30,000 nucleotides of DNA from NCBI RefSeq assembly GCF_964204645.1, contig NW_027437490.1, positions 1-30,000 on the forward strand, read 5' to 3'. The notes under the pieces are model-generated. The model was not told the DNA's origin, searched no databases, and saw only the letters and a list, made by a program, of their open reading frames with translations. Shown here one piece after another: positions 1 through 14,700 of this stretch (positions within the stretch are counted from its first letter, which is position 1; each line of letters begins with the position of its first letter). Source of the DNA: Tubulanus polymorphus. Its lineage: Eukaryota; Animalia; Nemertea. A program made the translations under genes and the position numbers.

Positions 1-1123
1 GTTTTCTCATCAACTTTTCCCCGTATCGGAAAAATGAAAATGTCGACGCCCAAACGCTCTGAAATCGACGGGAAAAGCACATTTCGGTCCGAAAACGTCG
101 TTCAGCGCGAGAAAAGATGTTTCCTCATCAACTTCTCACCGTATCGGAAAAATGACAATGCCGATGCGTAAAAGCGCTCAAATCGTCAGGAAAAGCTCTT
201 TTCGACGCGAAAACGTCGTTCAGCGCGAGAAAAGACGTTTTCTCATCAACTTCTCTCCGTATCGGAAAAACGACAATGCCGATGCGTAAAAGCGCTCAAA
301 TCGTCAGGAAAAAGCTCTTTTCGACGCGAAAACGTCGTTCAGCGCGAGAAAAGACGTTTTCTCATCAACTTCTCCCCGTATCGGAAAATCGACAATGTCG
401 ATGCTTAAAAGCGCTCAAATCGTCAGGAAAAGCACTTTTCGACGCGAAAACGTCGTTCAGCGCGAGAAAAGACGTTTTCTCATCAACTTCTCCCCGTATC
501 GGAAAATCGACAATGTCGATGCGTAAAAGCGCTCAAATCGTCAGGAAAAGCACTTTTCGACGCTAAAACGTCGTTCAGCGCGAGAAGAGATGTTTTCTCA
601 TCAACTTCTCTCCGTATCGGAAAAACGACAATGCCGATGCGTAAAAGCGCTCAAATCGTCAGGAAAAAGCACTTTTCGACGCGAAAACGTCGTTCAGCGC
701 GAGAAAAGACGTTTTCTCATCAACTTCTCCCCGTATCGGAAAAAATGAAAATGACAATCCGAAAACGCGCTCAATTCGACGGGAAAAGCACATTTCGGTC
801 CGAAAACGTCGTTCAGCGCGAGAAAAGACGTTTTCTCATCAACTTCTCCCCGTATCGGAAAAATGAAAATGTCGACTTCCAAACGCTCTGAAATCGACGG
901 GAAAAGCACATTTCGGTCCGAAACGTCGTTCAGCGCGAGAAAAGATGTTTTCTCATCTACTTCTCTCCGTATCGGAAAAACTACAATGCCGATGCGTAAA
1001 AGCGCTCAAATCGTCAGGAAAAGCTCTTTTCGACGCGAAAACGTCGTTCAGCGCGAGAAAAGACGTTTTCTCATCAACTTCTCCCCGTATCGGAAAAACG
1101 ACAATGCCGATGCGTAAAAGCGC

Positions 1124-1430
1124 TTTCTCGCGCTGAACGACGTTTTCGGACCGAAATGTGCTTTTCCCGTCGATTTCAGAGCGTTTGGGCGTCGACATTT
1201 TCATTTTTCCGATACGGGGAGAAGTTGATGAGAAAACGTCTTTTCTCGCGCTGAACGACGTTTTCGGACCGAAATGTGCTTTTCCCGTCGAATTGAGCGC
1301 GTTTTCGGATTGTCATTTTCATTTTTCCGATACGGGGAGAAGTTGATGAGAAAACGTCTTTTCTCGCGCTGAACGACGTTTTCGCGTCGAAAAGAGCATT
1401 TCCTGACGATTTGAGCGCTTTTACGCATCG
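1124..1430 (-). repeat. Inverted satellite segment, 307 bp (~2.6 monomers), copy 1
   Basis: Sequence switches to the reverse complement of the monomer (TTTCTCGCGCTGAACGACG...) at 1124 and back to forward (CGAAAACGTCG) at 1429-1431. Confidence 0.95.
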
Positions 1431-4400
1431 AAAACGTCGTTCAGCGCGAGAAAAGACGTTTTCTCATCAACTTCTCCCCGTATCGGAAAAACGACAATGC
1501 CGATGCGTAAAAGCGCTCAAATCGTCAGGAAAAACACTTTTCGACGCGAAAACGTCGTTCAGCGCGAGAAAAGACGTTTTCTCATCAACTTCTCCCCGTA
1601 TCGGAAAATCGACAATGCCGATATGTAAAAGCGCTCAAATCGTCAGAAAAAGCACTTTTCGACCCGAAAACGTCGTTCAGCGCGAGAAAAGACGTTTTCG
1701 TATCGAATATTCCCCCTATCGGAAAACGACAATGCCGATGCGTAAAAGCGCTCAAATCGTCAGGAAAAGCACTTTTCGACGCGAAAACGTCGTTCAGCGA
1801 GAGAAAAGACGTTTTCTCATCAACTTCTCCCCGTATCGGAAAATCGACAATGCCGATGCGTAAAAGCGCTCAATTCGTCAGTAAAAGCACTTTTCGACCC
1901 GAAAACGTCGTTCAGCCCGAGAAAAGACGTTTTCGTATCGAATATTCGCCCTATCGGAAAAACGACAATGCCGATGCGTAAAAGCGCTCAAATCGTCAGG
2001 AAAAGCACTTTTCGACGCTAAAACGTCGTTCAGCGCGAGAAAAGACGTTTTCTCATCAACTTCTCCCCGTATCGGAAAATCGACAATGCCGATGCGTAAA
2101 AGCGCTTAAATCGACGGCAAAAGCACATTTCGGTCCGAAAACGTCGTTCAGCGCGAGAAAAGACGTTTTCTCATCAACTTCTCCCCGTATCGGAAAAATG
2201 AAAATGTCGACGCCCAAACGCTCTGAAATCGACGGGAAAAGCACATTTCGGTCCGAAAACGTCGTTCAGCGCGAGAAAAGACGTTTTCTCATCAACTTCT
2301 CTCCGTATCGGAAAAACGACAATGCCGATGCGTAAAAGCGCTCAAATCGTCAGGAAAAGCACTTTTCGACGCTAAAACGTCGTTCAGCGCGAGAAAAGAC
2401 GTTTTCTCATCAACTTCTCCCCGTATCGGAAAATCGACAATGCCGATGCGTAAAAGCGCTCAAATCGTCAGAAAAAGCACTTTTCGACCCGAAAACGTCG
2501 TTCAGCGCGAGAAAAGACGTTTTCGTATCGAATATTCCCCGAATCGGAAAACGACAATGCCGATGCGTAAAAGCGCTCAATTCGTCAGTAAAAGCACTTT
2601 TTGACCCGAAACGTCGTTCAGCCCGAGAAAAGACGTTTTCTTATCGAATATTCCCCCTATCGGAAAAACGACAATGCCGATGCGTAAAAGCGCTCAAATC
2701 GTCAGGAAAAGCACTTTTCGACGCGAAAACGTCGTTCAGCGCGAGAAAAGACGTTTTCTCATCAACTTTTCCCCGTATCGGAAAAATGAAAATCTCGACG
2801 CCCAAACGCTCTGAAATCGACGGGAAAAGCACATTTCGGTCCGAAAACGTCGTTCAGCGCGAGAAAAGACGTTTTCGTATCGAATATTCCCCCTATCGGA
2901 AAAACGACAATGCTGAAGCGTCAAAGCGCTCAAATCGTCAGGAAAAGCTCTTTTCGACGCGAAAACGTCGTTCAGCGCGAGAAAAGACTTTTTCTCATCA
3001 ACTTCTCCCCGTATCGGAAAAACGACAATGCCGATGCGTAAAAGCGCTCAAATCGACGGGAAAAGCACATTTCGGTCCGAAAACGTCGTTCAGCGCGAGA
3101 AAAGACGTTTTCTCATCAACTTCTCCCCGTATCGGAAAAATGAAAATGTCGACGCCCAAACGCTCTGAAATCGACGGGAAAAGCACATTTCGGTCCGAAA
3201 ACGTCGTTCAGCGCGAGAAAAGATGTTTCCTCATCAACTTCTCACCGTATCGGAAAAACGACAATGCCGATGCGTAAAAGCGCTCAAATCGTCAGGAAAA
3301 GCTCTTTTCGACGCAAAAACGTCGTTCAGCGCGAGAAAAGACGTTTTCTCATCAACTTCTCCCCGTATCGGAAAAACGACAATGCCGATGCGTAAAAGCG
3401 CTCAAATCGTCAGGAAAAGCTCTTTTCGACGCGAAAACGTCGTTCAGCGCGAGAAAAGACGTTTTCTCATCAACTTCTCCCCGTATCGGAAAAACGACAA
3501 TGCCGATGCGTAAAAGCGCTCAATTCGTCAGTAAAAGCACTTTTCGACGCGAAAACGTCGTTCAGCGCGAGAAAAGACGTTTTCTCATCAACTTCTCCCC
3601 GTATCGGAAAATCGACAATGTCGATGCGTAAAAGCGCTCAAATCGTCAGGAAAAGCACTTTTCGACGCTAAAACGTCGTTCAGCGCGAGAAAAGACGTTT
3701 TCTCATCAACTTCTCTCCGTATCGGAAAAACGACAATGCCGATGCGTAAAAGCGCTCAAATCGTCAGGAAAAGCACTTTTCGACGCGAAAACGTCGTTCA
3801 GCGCGAGAAAAGACGTTTTCTCATCAACTTCTCCCCGTATCGGAAAAATGAAAATGACAATCCGAAAACGCGCTCAATTCGACGGGAAAAGCACATTTCG
3901 GTCCGAAAACGTCGTTCAGCGCGAGAAAAGACGTTTTCTCATCAACTTCTCCCCGTATCGGAAAAATGAAAATGTCGACGCCCAAACGCTCTGAAATCGA
4001 CGGGAAAAGCACATTTCGGTCCGAAAACGTCGTTCAGCGCGAGAAAAGATGTTTTCTCATCTACTTCTCTCCGTATCGGAAAAACTACAATGCCGATGCG
4101 TAAAAGCGCTCAAATCGTCAGGAAAAGCTCTTTTCGACGCGAAAACGTCGTTCAGCGCGAGAAAAGACGTTTTCTCATCAACTTCTCCCCGTATCGGAAA
4201 AACGACAATGCCGATGCGTAAAAGCGCTCAAATCGTCAGGAAAAGCACTTTTCGACGCGAAAACGTCGTTCAGCGCGAGAAAAGATGTTTTCTCATCTAC
4301 TTCTCTCCGTATCGGAAAAACTACAATGCCGATGCGTAAAAGCGCTCAAATCGTCAGGAAAAGCTCTTTTCGACGCGAAAACGTCGTTCAGCGCGAGAAA

Positions 4401-4463
4401 AGACGTTTTCTCATCAACTTCTCCCCGTATCGGAAAAACGACAATGCCGATGCGTAAAAGCGC

Positions 4464-4769
4464 TTTCTCGCGCTGAACGACGTTTTCGGACCGAAATGTG
4501 CTTTTCCCGTCGATTTCAGAGCGTTTGGGCGTCGACATTTTCATTTTTCCGATACGGGAGAAGTTGATGAGAAAACGTCTTTTCTCGCGCTGAACGACGT
4601 TTTCGGACCGAAATGTGCTTTTCCCGTCGAATTGAGCGCGTTTTCGGATTGTCATTTTCATTTTTCCGATACGGGGAGAAGTTGATGAGAAAACGTCTTT
4701 TCTCGCGCTGAACGACGTTTTCGCGTCGAAAAGAGCATTTCCTGACGATTTGAGCGCTTTTACGCATCG
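4464..4769 (-). repeat. Inverted satellite segment, 306 bp, copy 2
   Basis: Same breakpoints and same private variant (AAAGAGCATTTCCTGACG) as 1124-1430; one G missing near 4557. Confidence 0.95.
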
Positions 4770-7700
4770 AAAACGTCGTTCAGCGCGAGAAAAGACGTTT
4801 TCTCATCAACTTCTCCCCGTATCGGAAAAACGACAATGCCGATGCGTAAAAGCGCTCAAATCGTCAGGAAAAACACTTTTCGACGCGAAAACGTCGTTCA
4901 GCGCGAGAAAAGACGTTTTCTCATCAACTTCTCCCCGTATCGGAAAATCGACAATGCCGATATGTAAAAGCGCTCAAATCGTCAGAAAAAGCACTTTTCG
5001 ACCCGAAAACGTCGTTCAGCGCGAGAAAAGACGTTTTCGTATCGAATATTCCCCCTATCGGAAAACGACAATGCCGATGCGTAAAAGTGCTCAAATCGTC
5101 AGGAAAAGCACTTTTCGACGCGAAAACGTCGTTCAGCGAGAGAAAAGACGTTTTCTCATCAACTTCTCCCCGTATCGGAAAATCGACAATGCCGATGCGT
5201 AAAAGCGCTCAATTCGTCAGTAAAAGCACTTTTCGACCCGAAAACGTCGTTCAGCCCGAGAAAAGACGTTTTCGTATCGAATATTCGCCCTATCGGAAAA
5301 ACGACAATGCCGATGCGTAAAAGCGCTCAAATCGTCAGGAAAAGCACTTTTCGACGCTAAAACGTCGTTCAGCGCGAGAAAAGACGTTTTCTCATCAACT
5401 TCTCCCCGTATCGGAAAATCGACAATGCCGATGCGTAAAAGCGCTTAAATCGACGGCAAAAGCACATTTCGGTCCGAAAACGTCGTTCAGCGCGAGAAAA
5501 GACGTTTTCTCATCAACTTCTCCCCGTATCGGAAAAATGAAAATGTCGACGCCCAAACGCTCTGAAATCGACGGGAAAAGCACATTTCGGTCCGAAAACG
5601 TCGTTCAGCGCGAGAAAAGACGTTTTCTCATCAACTTCTCTCCGTATCGGAAAAACGACAATGCCGATGCGTAAAAGCGCTCAAATCGTCAGGAAAAGCA
5701 CTTTTCGACGCTAAAACGTCGTTCAGCGCGAGAAAAGACGTTTTCTCATCAACTTCTCCCCGTATCGGAAAATCGACAATGCCGATGCGTAAAAGCGCTC
5801 AAATCGTCAGAAAAAGCACTTTTCGACCCGAAAACGTCGTTCAGCGCGAGAAAAGACGTTTTCGTATCGAATATTCCCCGAATCGGAAAACGACAATGCC
5901 GATGCGTAAAAGCGCTCAATTCGTCAGTAAAAGCACTTTTTGACCCGAAAACGTCGTTCAGCCCGAGAAAAGACGTTTTCTTATCGAATATTCCCCCTAT
6001 CGGAAAAACGACAATGCCGATGCGTAAAAGCGCTCAAATCGTCAGGAAAAGCACTTTTCGACGCGAAAACGTCGTTCAGCGCGAGAAAAGACGTTTTCTC
6101 ATCAACTTTTCCCCGTATCGGAAAAATGAAAATCTCGACGCCCAAACGCTCTGAAATCGACGGGAAAAGCACATTTCGGTCCGAAAACGTCGTTCAGCGC
6201 GAGAAAAGACGTTTTCGTATCGAATATTCCCCCTATCGGAAAAACGACAATGCTGAAGCGTCAAAGCGCTCAAATCGTCAGGAAAAGCTCTTTTCGACGC
6301 GAAAACGTCGTTCAGCGCGAGAAAAGACTTTTTCTCATCAACTTCTCCCCGTATCGGAAAAACGACAATGCCGATGCGTAAAAGCGCTCAAATCGACGGG
6401 AAAAGCACATTTCGGTCCGAAAACGTCGTTCAGCGCGAGAAAAGACGTTTTCTCATCAACTTCTCCCCGTATCGGAAAAATGAAAATGTCGACGCCCAAA
6501 CGCTCTGAAATCGACGGGAAAAGCACATTTCGGTCCGAAAACGTCGTTCAGCGCGAGAAAAGATGTTTCCTCATCAACTTCTCACCGTATCGGAAAAACG
6601 ACAATGCCGATGCGTAAAAGCGCTCAAATCGTCAGGAAAAGCTCTTTTCGACGCAAAAACGTCGTTCAGCGCGAGAAAAGACGTTTTCTCATCAACTTCT
6701 CCCCGTATCGGAAAAACGACAATGCCGATGCGTAAAAGCGCTCAAATCGTCAGGAAAAGCTCTTTTCGACGCGAAAACGTCGTTCAGCGCGAGAAAAGAC
6801 GTTTTCTCATCAACTTCTCCCCGTATCGGAAAAACGACAATGCCGATGCGTAAAAGCGCTCAATTCGTCAGTAAAAGCACTTTTCGACGCGAAAACGTCG
6901 TTCAGCGCGAGAAAAGACGTTTTCTCATCAACTTCTCCCCGTATCGGAAAATCGACAATGTCGATGCGTAAAAGCGCTCAAATCGTCAGGAAAAGCACTT
7001 TTCGACGCTAAAACGTCGTTCAGCGCGAGAAAAGACGTTTTCTCATCAACTTCTCTCCGTATCGGAAAAACGACAATGCCGATGCGTAAAAGCGCTCAAA
7101 TCGTCAGGAAAAGCACTTTTCGACGCGAAAACGTCGTTCAGCGCGAGAAAAGACGTTTTCTCATCAACTTCTCCCCGTATCGGAAAAATGAAAATGACAA
7201 TCCGAAAACGCGCTCAATTCGACGGGAAAAGCACATTTCGGTCCGAAAACGTCGTTCAGCGCGAGAAAAGACGTTTTCTCATCAACTTCTCCCCGTATCG
7301 GAAAAATGAAAATGTCGACGCCCAAACGCTCTGAAATCGACGGGAAAAGCACATTTCGGTCCGAAAACGTCGTTCAGCGCGAGAAAAGATGTTTTCTCAT
7401 CTACTTCTCTCCGTATCGGAAAAACTACAATGCCGATGCGTAAAAGCGCTCAAATCGTCAGGAAAAGCTCTTTTCGACGCGAAAACGTCGTTCAGCGCGA
7501 GAAAAGACGTTTTCTCATCAACTTCTCCCCGTATCGGAAAAACGACAATGCCGATGCGTAAAAGCGCTCAAATCGTCAGGAAAAGCACTTTTCGACGCGA
7601 AAACGTCGTTCAGCGCGAGAAAAGACGTTTTCTCATCAACTTCTCCCCGTATCGGAAAATCGACAATGCCGATGCGTAAAAGCGCTCAAATCGACGGGAA

Positions 7701-8769
7701 AAGCACATTTCGGTCCGAAAACGTCGTTCAGCGCGAGAAAAGACGTTTTCTCATCAACTTTTCCCCGTATCGGAAAAATGAAAATCTCGACGCCCAAACG
7801 CTCTGAAATCGACGGGAAAAGCACATTTCGGTCCGAAAACGTCGTTCAGCGCGAGAAAAGACGTTTTCGTATCGAATATTCCCCGTATCGGAAAATCGAC
7901 AATATCAATGCGTAAAAGCGCTCAAATCGTCAGGAAAAGCTCTTTTCGACGCGAAAACGTCGTTCAGCGCGAGAAAAGACGTTTTCTCATCAACTTCTCC
8001 CCGTATCGGAAAAACGACAATGCCGATGCGTAAAAGCGCTCAAATTTACGGGAAAAGCACATTTCGGTCCGAAAACGTCGTTCAGCGCGAGAAAAGACGT
8101 TTTCTCATCAACTTCTCCCCGTATCGGAAAAATGAAAATGTCGACGCCCAAACGCTCTGAAATCGACGGGAAAAGCACATTTCGGTCCGAAAACGTCGTT
8201 CAGCGCGAGAAAAGATGTTTCCTCATCAACTTCTCACCGTATCGGAAAAACGACAATGCCGATGCGTAAAAGCGCTCAAATCGTCAGGAAAAGCTCTTTT
8301 CGACGCAAAAACGTCGTTCAGCGCGAGAAAAGACGTTTTCTCATCAACTTCTCCCCGTATCGGAAAAACGACAATGACGATGCGTAAAAGCGCTCAAATC
8401 GTCAGGAAAAGCTCTTTTCGACGCGAAAACGTCGTTCAGCGCGAGAAAAGACGTTTTCTCATCAACTTCTCCCCGCATCGGAAAAACGACAATGCCGATG
8501 CGTAAAAGCGCTCAATTCGTCAGTAAAAGCACTTTTCGACGCGAAAACGTCGTTCAGCGCGAGAAAAGACGTTTTCTCATCAACTTCTCCCCGTATCGGA
8601 AAATCGACAATGTCGATGCGTAAAAGCGCTCAAATCGTCAGGAAAAGCACTTTTCGACGCTAAAACGTCGTTCAGCGCGAGAAAAGACGTTTTCTCATCA
8701 ACTTCTCTCCGTATCGGAAAAACGACAATGCCGATGCGTAAAAGCGCTCAAATCGTCAGGAAAAGCACT

Positions 8770-11700
8770 TTTCGACGCGAAAACGTCGTTCAGCGCGAGA
8801 AAAGACGTTTTCTCATCAACTTCTCCCCGTATCGGAAAAACGACAATGCCGATGCGTAAAAGCGCTCAAATCGACGGGAAAAGCACATTTCGGTCCGAAA
8901 ACGTCGTTCAGCGCGAGAAAAGACGTTTTCTCATCAACTTCTCCCCGTATCGGAAAAATGAAAATGTCGACGCCCAAACGCTCTGAAATCGACGGGAAAA
9001 GCACATTTCGGTCCGAAAACGTCGTTCAGCGCGAGAAAAGATGTTTCCTCATCAACTTCTCACCGTATCGGAAAAACGACAATGCCGATGCGTAAAAGCG
9101 CTCAAATCGTCAGGAAAAGCTCTTTTCGACGCAAAAACGTCGTTCAGCGCGAGAAAAGACGTTTTCTCATCAACTTCTCTCCGTATCGGAAAAACGACAA
9201 TGCCGATGCGTAAAAGCGCTCAAATCGTCAGGAAAAGCTCTTTTCGACGCGAAAACGTCGTTCAGCGCGAGAAAAGACGTTTTCTCATCAACTTCTCCCC
9301 GTATCGGAAAAACGACAATGCCGATGCGTAAAAGCGCTCAATTCGTCAGTAAAAGCACTTTTCGACCCGAAAACGTCGTTCAGCCCGAGAAAAGACGTTT
9401 TCGTATCGAATATTCCCCCTATCGGAAAAACGACAATGCCGATGCGTAAAAGCGCTCAAATCGTCAGGAAAAGCACTTTTCGACGCTTAGACGTCGTTCC
9501 GCGCGAGAAAAGACGTTTTCTCATCAACTTCTCCCCGTATCGGAAAATCGACAATGTCGATGCGTAAAAGCGCTCAAATCGTCAGGAAAAGCACTTTTCG
9601 ACGCGAAAACGTCGTTCAGCGCGAGAAAAGACGTTTTCTCATCAACTTCTCCCCGTATCGGAAAATCGACAATGTCGATGCGTAAAAGCGCTCAAATCGT
9701 CAGGAAAAGCACTTTTCGACGCTAAAACGTCGTTCAGCGCGAGAAAAGACGTTTTCTCATCAACTTCTCCCCGTATCGGAAAATCGACAATGCCGATGCG
9801 TAAAAGCGCTCAAATCGTCAGGAAAAGCACTTTTCGACCCGAAAACGTCGTTCAGCGCGAGAAAAGACGTTTTCGTATCGAATATTCCCCCTATCGGAAA
9901 AACGACAATGCCGATGCGTAAAAGCGCTCAATTCGTCAGTAAAAGCTCTTTTCGACCCGAAAACGTCGTTCAGCCCGAGAAAAGACGTTTTCGTATCGAA
10001 TATTCCCCCTATCGGAAAAACGACAATGCCGATGCGTAAAAGCGCTCAAATCGTCAGGAAAAGCACTTTTCGACGCTAAAACGTCGTTCAGCGCGAGAAA
10101 AGACGTTTTCTCATCAACTTCTCCCCGTATCGGAAAATCGACAATGCCGATATGTAAAAGCGCTCAAATCGTCAGAAAAAGCACTTTTCGACCCGAAAAC
10201 GTCGTTCAGCGCGAGAAAATACGTTTTCGTATCGAATATTCCCCCTATCGGAAAAACGACAATGCCGATGCGTAAAAGCGCTCAAATCGTCAGGAAAAGC
10301 ACTTTTCGACGCTAAAACGTCGTTCAGCGCGAGAAAAGACGTTTTCTCATCAACTTCTCCCCGTATCGGAAAATCGACAATGCCGATGCGTAAAGGCGCT
10401 CAAATCGTCAGAAAAAGCACTTTTCGACCCGAAAACGTCGTTCAGCGCGAGAAAAGACGTTTTCGTATCGAATATTCCCCCTATCGGAAAAACGACAATG
10501 CCGATGCGTAAAAGCGCTCAATTCGTCAGTAAAAGCACTTTTCGACCCGAAAACGTCGTTCAGCCCGAGAAAAGACGTTTTCGTATCGAATATTCGCCCT
10601 ATCGGAAAAACGACAATGCCGATGCGTAAAAGCGCTCAAATCGTCAGGAAAAGCACTTTTCGACGCTAAAACGTCGTTCAGCGCGAGAAAAGACGTTTTC
10701 TCATCAACTTCTCCCCGTATCGGAAAATCGACAATGCCGATGCGTAAAAGCGCTCAAATCGATGGGAAAAGCACATTTCGGTCCGAAAACGTCGTTCAGC
10801 GCGAGAAAAGACGTTTTCTCATCAACTTCTCCCCGTATCGGAAAAACGACAATGACGATGCGTAAAAGCGCTCAAATCGTCAGGAAAAGCTCTTTTCGAC
10901 GCGAAAACGTCGTTCAGCGCGAGAAAAGACGTTTTCTCATCAACTTCTCCCCGTATCGGAAAAACGACAATGCCGATGCGTAAAAGCGCTCAATTCGTCA
11001 GTAAAAGCACTTTTCGACGCGAAAACGTCGTTCAGCGCGAGAAAAGACGTTTTCTCATCAACTTCTCCCCGTATCGGAAAATCGACAATGTCGATGCGTA
11101 AAAGCGCTCAAATCGTCAGGAAAAGCACTTTTCGACGCTAAAACGTCGTTCAGCGCGAGAAAAGACGTTTTCTCATCAACTTCTCTCCGTATCGGAAAAA
11201 CGACAATGCCGATGCGTAAAAGCGCTCAAATCGTCAGGAAAAGCACTTTTCGACGCGAAAACGTCGTTCAGCGCGAGAAAAGACGTTTTCTCATCAACTT
11301 CTCCCCGTATCGGAAAAATGAAAATGTCGACGCCCAAACGCTCTGAAATCGACGGGAAAAGCACATTTCGGTCCGAAAACGTCGTTCAGCGCGAGAAAAG
11401 ATGTTTTCTCATCTACTTCTCTCCGTATCGGAAAAACTACAATGCCGATGCGTAAAAGCGCTCAAATCGTCAGGAAAAGCTCTTTTCGACGCGAAAACGT
11501 CGTTCAGCGCGAGAAAAGACGTTTTCTCATCAACTTCTCCCCGTATCGGAAAAACGACAATGACGATCCGAAAACGCGCTCAAATCGACGGGAAAAGCAC
11601 ATTTCGGTCCGAAAACGTCGTTCAGCGCGAGAAAAGACGTTTTCTCATCAACTTTTCCCCGTATCGGAAAAATGAAAATCTCGACGCCCAAACGCTCTGA

Positions 11701-14700
11701 AATCGACGGGAAAAGCACATTTCGGTCCGAAAACGTCGTTCAGCGCGAGAAAAGACGTTTTCGTATCGAATATTCCCCCTATCGGAAAAACGACAATGCT
11801 GAAGCGTCAAAGCGCTCAAATCGTCAGGAAAAGCTCTTTTCGACGCGAAAACGTCGTTCAGCGCGAGAAAAGACGTTTTCTCATCAACTTCTCCCCGTAT
11901 CGGAAAAACGACAATGCCGATGCGTAAAAGCGCTCAAATCGACGGGAAAAGCACATTTCGGTCCGAAAACGTCGTTCAGCGCGAGAAAAGACGTTTTCTC
12001 ATCAACTTCTCCCCGTATCGGAAAAATGAAAATGTCGACGCCCAAACGCTCTGAAATCGACGGGAAAAGCACATTTCGGTCCGAAAACGTCGTTCAGCGC
12101 GAGAAAAGATGTTTCCTCATCAACTTCTCACCGTATCGGAAAAACGACAATGCCGATGCGTAAAAGCGCTCAAATCGTCAGGAAAAGCTCTTTTCGACGC
12201 AAAAACGTCGTTCAGCGCGAGAAAAGACGTTTTCTCATCAACTTCTCTCCGTATCGGAAAAACGACAATGCCGATGCGTAAAAGCGCTCAAATCGTCAGG
12301 AAAAGCTCTTTTCGACGCGAAAACGTCGTTCAGCGCGAGAAAAGACGTTTTCTCATCAACTTCTCCCCGTATCGGAAAAACGACAATGCCGATGCGTAAA
12401 AGCGCTCAATTCGTCAGTAAAAGCACTTTTCGACCCGAAAACGTCGTTCAGCCCGAGAAAAGACGTTTTCGTATCGAATATTCCCCCTATCGGAAAAACG
12501 ACAATGCCGATGCGTAAAAGCGCTCAAATCGTCAGGAAAAGCACTTTTCGACGCTTAGACGTCGTTCCGCGCGAGAAAAGACGTTTTCTCATCAACTTCT
12601 CCCCGTATCGGAAAATCGACAATGTCGATGCGTAAAAGCGCTCAAATCGTCAGGAAAAGCACTTTTCGACGCGAAAACGTCGTTCAGCGCGAGAAAAGAC
12701 GTTTTCTCATCAACTTCTCCCCGTATCGGAAAATCGACAATGTCGATGCGTAAAAGCGCTCAAATCGTCAGGAAAAGCACTTTTCGACGCTAAAACGTCG
12801 TTCAGCGCGAGAAAAGACGTTTTCTCATCAACTTCTCCCCGTATCGGAAAATCGACAATGCCGATGCGTAAAAGCGCTCAAATCGTCAGGAAAAGCACTT
12901 TTCGACCCGAAAACGTCGTTCAGCGCGAGAAAAGACGTTTTCGTATCGAATATTCCCCCTATCGGAAAAACGACAATGCCGATGCGTAAAAGCGCTCAAT
13001 TCGTCAGTAAAAGCTCTTTTCGACCCGAAAACGTCGTTCAGCCCGAGAAAAGACGTTTTCGTATCGAATATTCCCCCTATCGGAAAAACGACAATGCCGA
13101 TGCGTAAAAGCGCTCAAATCGTCAGGAAAAGCACTTTTCGACGCTAAAACGTCGTTCAGCGCGAGAAAAGACGTTTTCTCATCAACTTCTCCCCGTATCG
13201 GAAAATCGACAATGCCGATATGTAAAAGCGCTCAAATCGTCAGAAAAAGCACTTTTCGACCCGAAAACGTCGTTCAGCGCGAGAAAAGACGTTTTCGTAT
13301 CGAATATTCCCCCTATCGGAAAAACGACAATGCCGATGCGTAAAAGCGCTCAAATCGTCAGGAAAAGCACTTTTCGACGCTAAAACGTCGTTCAGCGCGA
13401 GAAAAGACGTTTTCTCATCAACTTCTCCCCGTATCGGAAAATCGACAATGCCGATGCGTAAAGGCGCTCAAATCGTCAGAAAAAGCACTTTTCGACCCGA
13501 AAACGTCGTTCAGCGCGAGAAAAGACGTTTTCGTATCGAATATTCCCCCTATCGGAAAAACGACAATGCCGATGCGTAAAAGCGCTCAATTCGTCAGTAA
13601 AAGCACTTTTCGACCCGAAAACGTCGTTCAGCCCGAGAAAAGACGTTTTCGTATCGAATATTCGCCCTATCGGAAAAACGACAATGCCGATGCGTAAAAG
13701 CGCTCAAATCGTCAGGAAAAGCACTTTTCGACGCTAAAACGTCGTTCAGCGCGAGAAAAGACGTTTTCTCATCAACTTCTCCCCGTATCGGAAAATCGAC
13801 AATGCCGATGCGTAAAAGCGCTCAAATCGATGGGAAAAGCACATTTCGGTCCGAAAACGTCGTTCAGCGCGAGAAAAGACGTTTTCTCATCAACTTCTCC
13901 CCGTATCGGAAAAATGAAAATATCGACGCCCAAACGCTCTGAAATCGACGGGAAAAGCACATTTCGGTCCGAAAACGTCGTTCAGCGCGAGAAAAGATGT
14001 TTTCTCATCAACTTCTCTCCGTATCGGAAAAACGACAATGCCGATGCGTAAAAGCGCTCAAATCGTCAGGAAAAGCACTTTTCGACGCTAAAACGTCGTT
14101 CAGCGCGAGAAAAGACGTTTTCTCATCAACTTCTCCCCGTATCGGAAAATCGACAATGCCGATGCGTAAAAGCGCTCAAATCGTCAGAAAAAGCACTTTT
14201 CGACCCGAAAACGTCGTTCAGCGCGAGAAAAGACGTTTTCGTATCGAATATTCCCCGAATCGGAAAAACGACAATGCCGATGCGTAAAAGCGCTCAATTC
14301 GTCAGTAAAAGCACTTTTTGACCCGAAAACGTCGTTCAGCCCGAGAAAAGACGTTTTCGTATCGAATATTCCCCCTATCGGAAAAACGACAATGCCGATG
14401 CGTAAAAGCGCTCAAATCGTCAGGAAAAGCACTTTTCGACGCGAAAACGTCGTTCAGCGCGAGAAAAGACGTTTTCTCATCAACTTCTCCTCGTATCGGA
14501 AAAATGAAAATGACGATCCGAAAACGCGCTCAAATCGACGGGAAAAGCACATTTCGGTCCGAAAACGTCGTTCAGCGCGAGAAAAGACGTTTTCTCATCA
14601 ACTTTTCCCCGTATCGGAAAAATGAAAATCTCGACGCCCAAACGCTCTGAAATCGACGGGAAAAGCACATTTCGGTCCGAAAACGTCGTTCAGCGCGAGA

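Larger units (their letters stand above)
921..7600 (+). repeat. 3340-bp tandem duplication within the satellite (921-4260 and 4261-7600)
   Basis: Rare variants and the internal inversion recur at +3339/+3340 (ORF pairs 945/4285, 2056/5395, 2998/6338, 3736/7076, 4049/7389). Identity breaks just before 921 and just after 7600. Confidence 0.9.
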
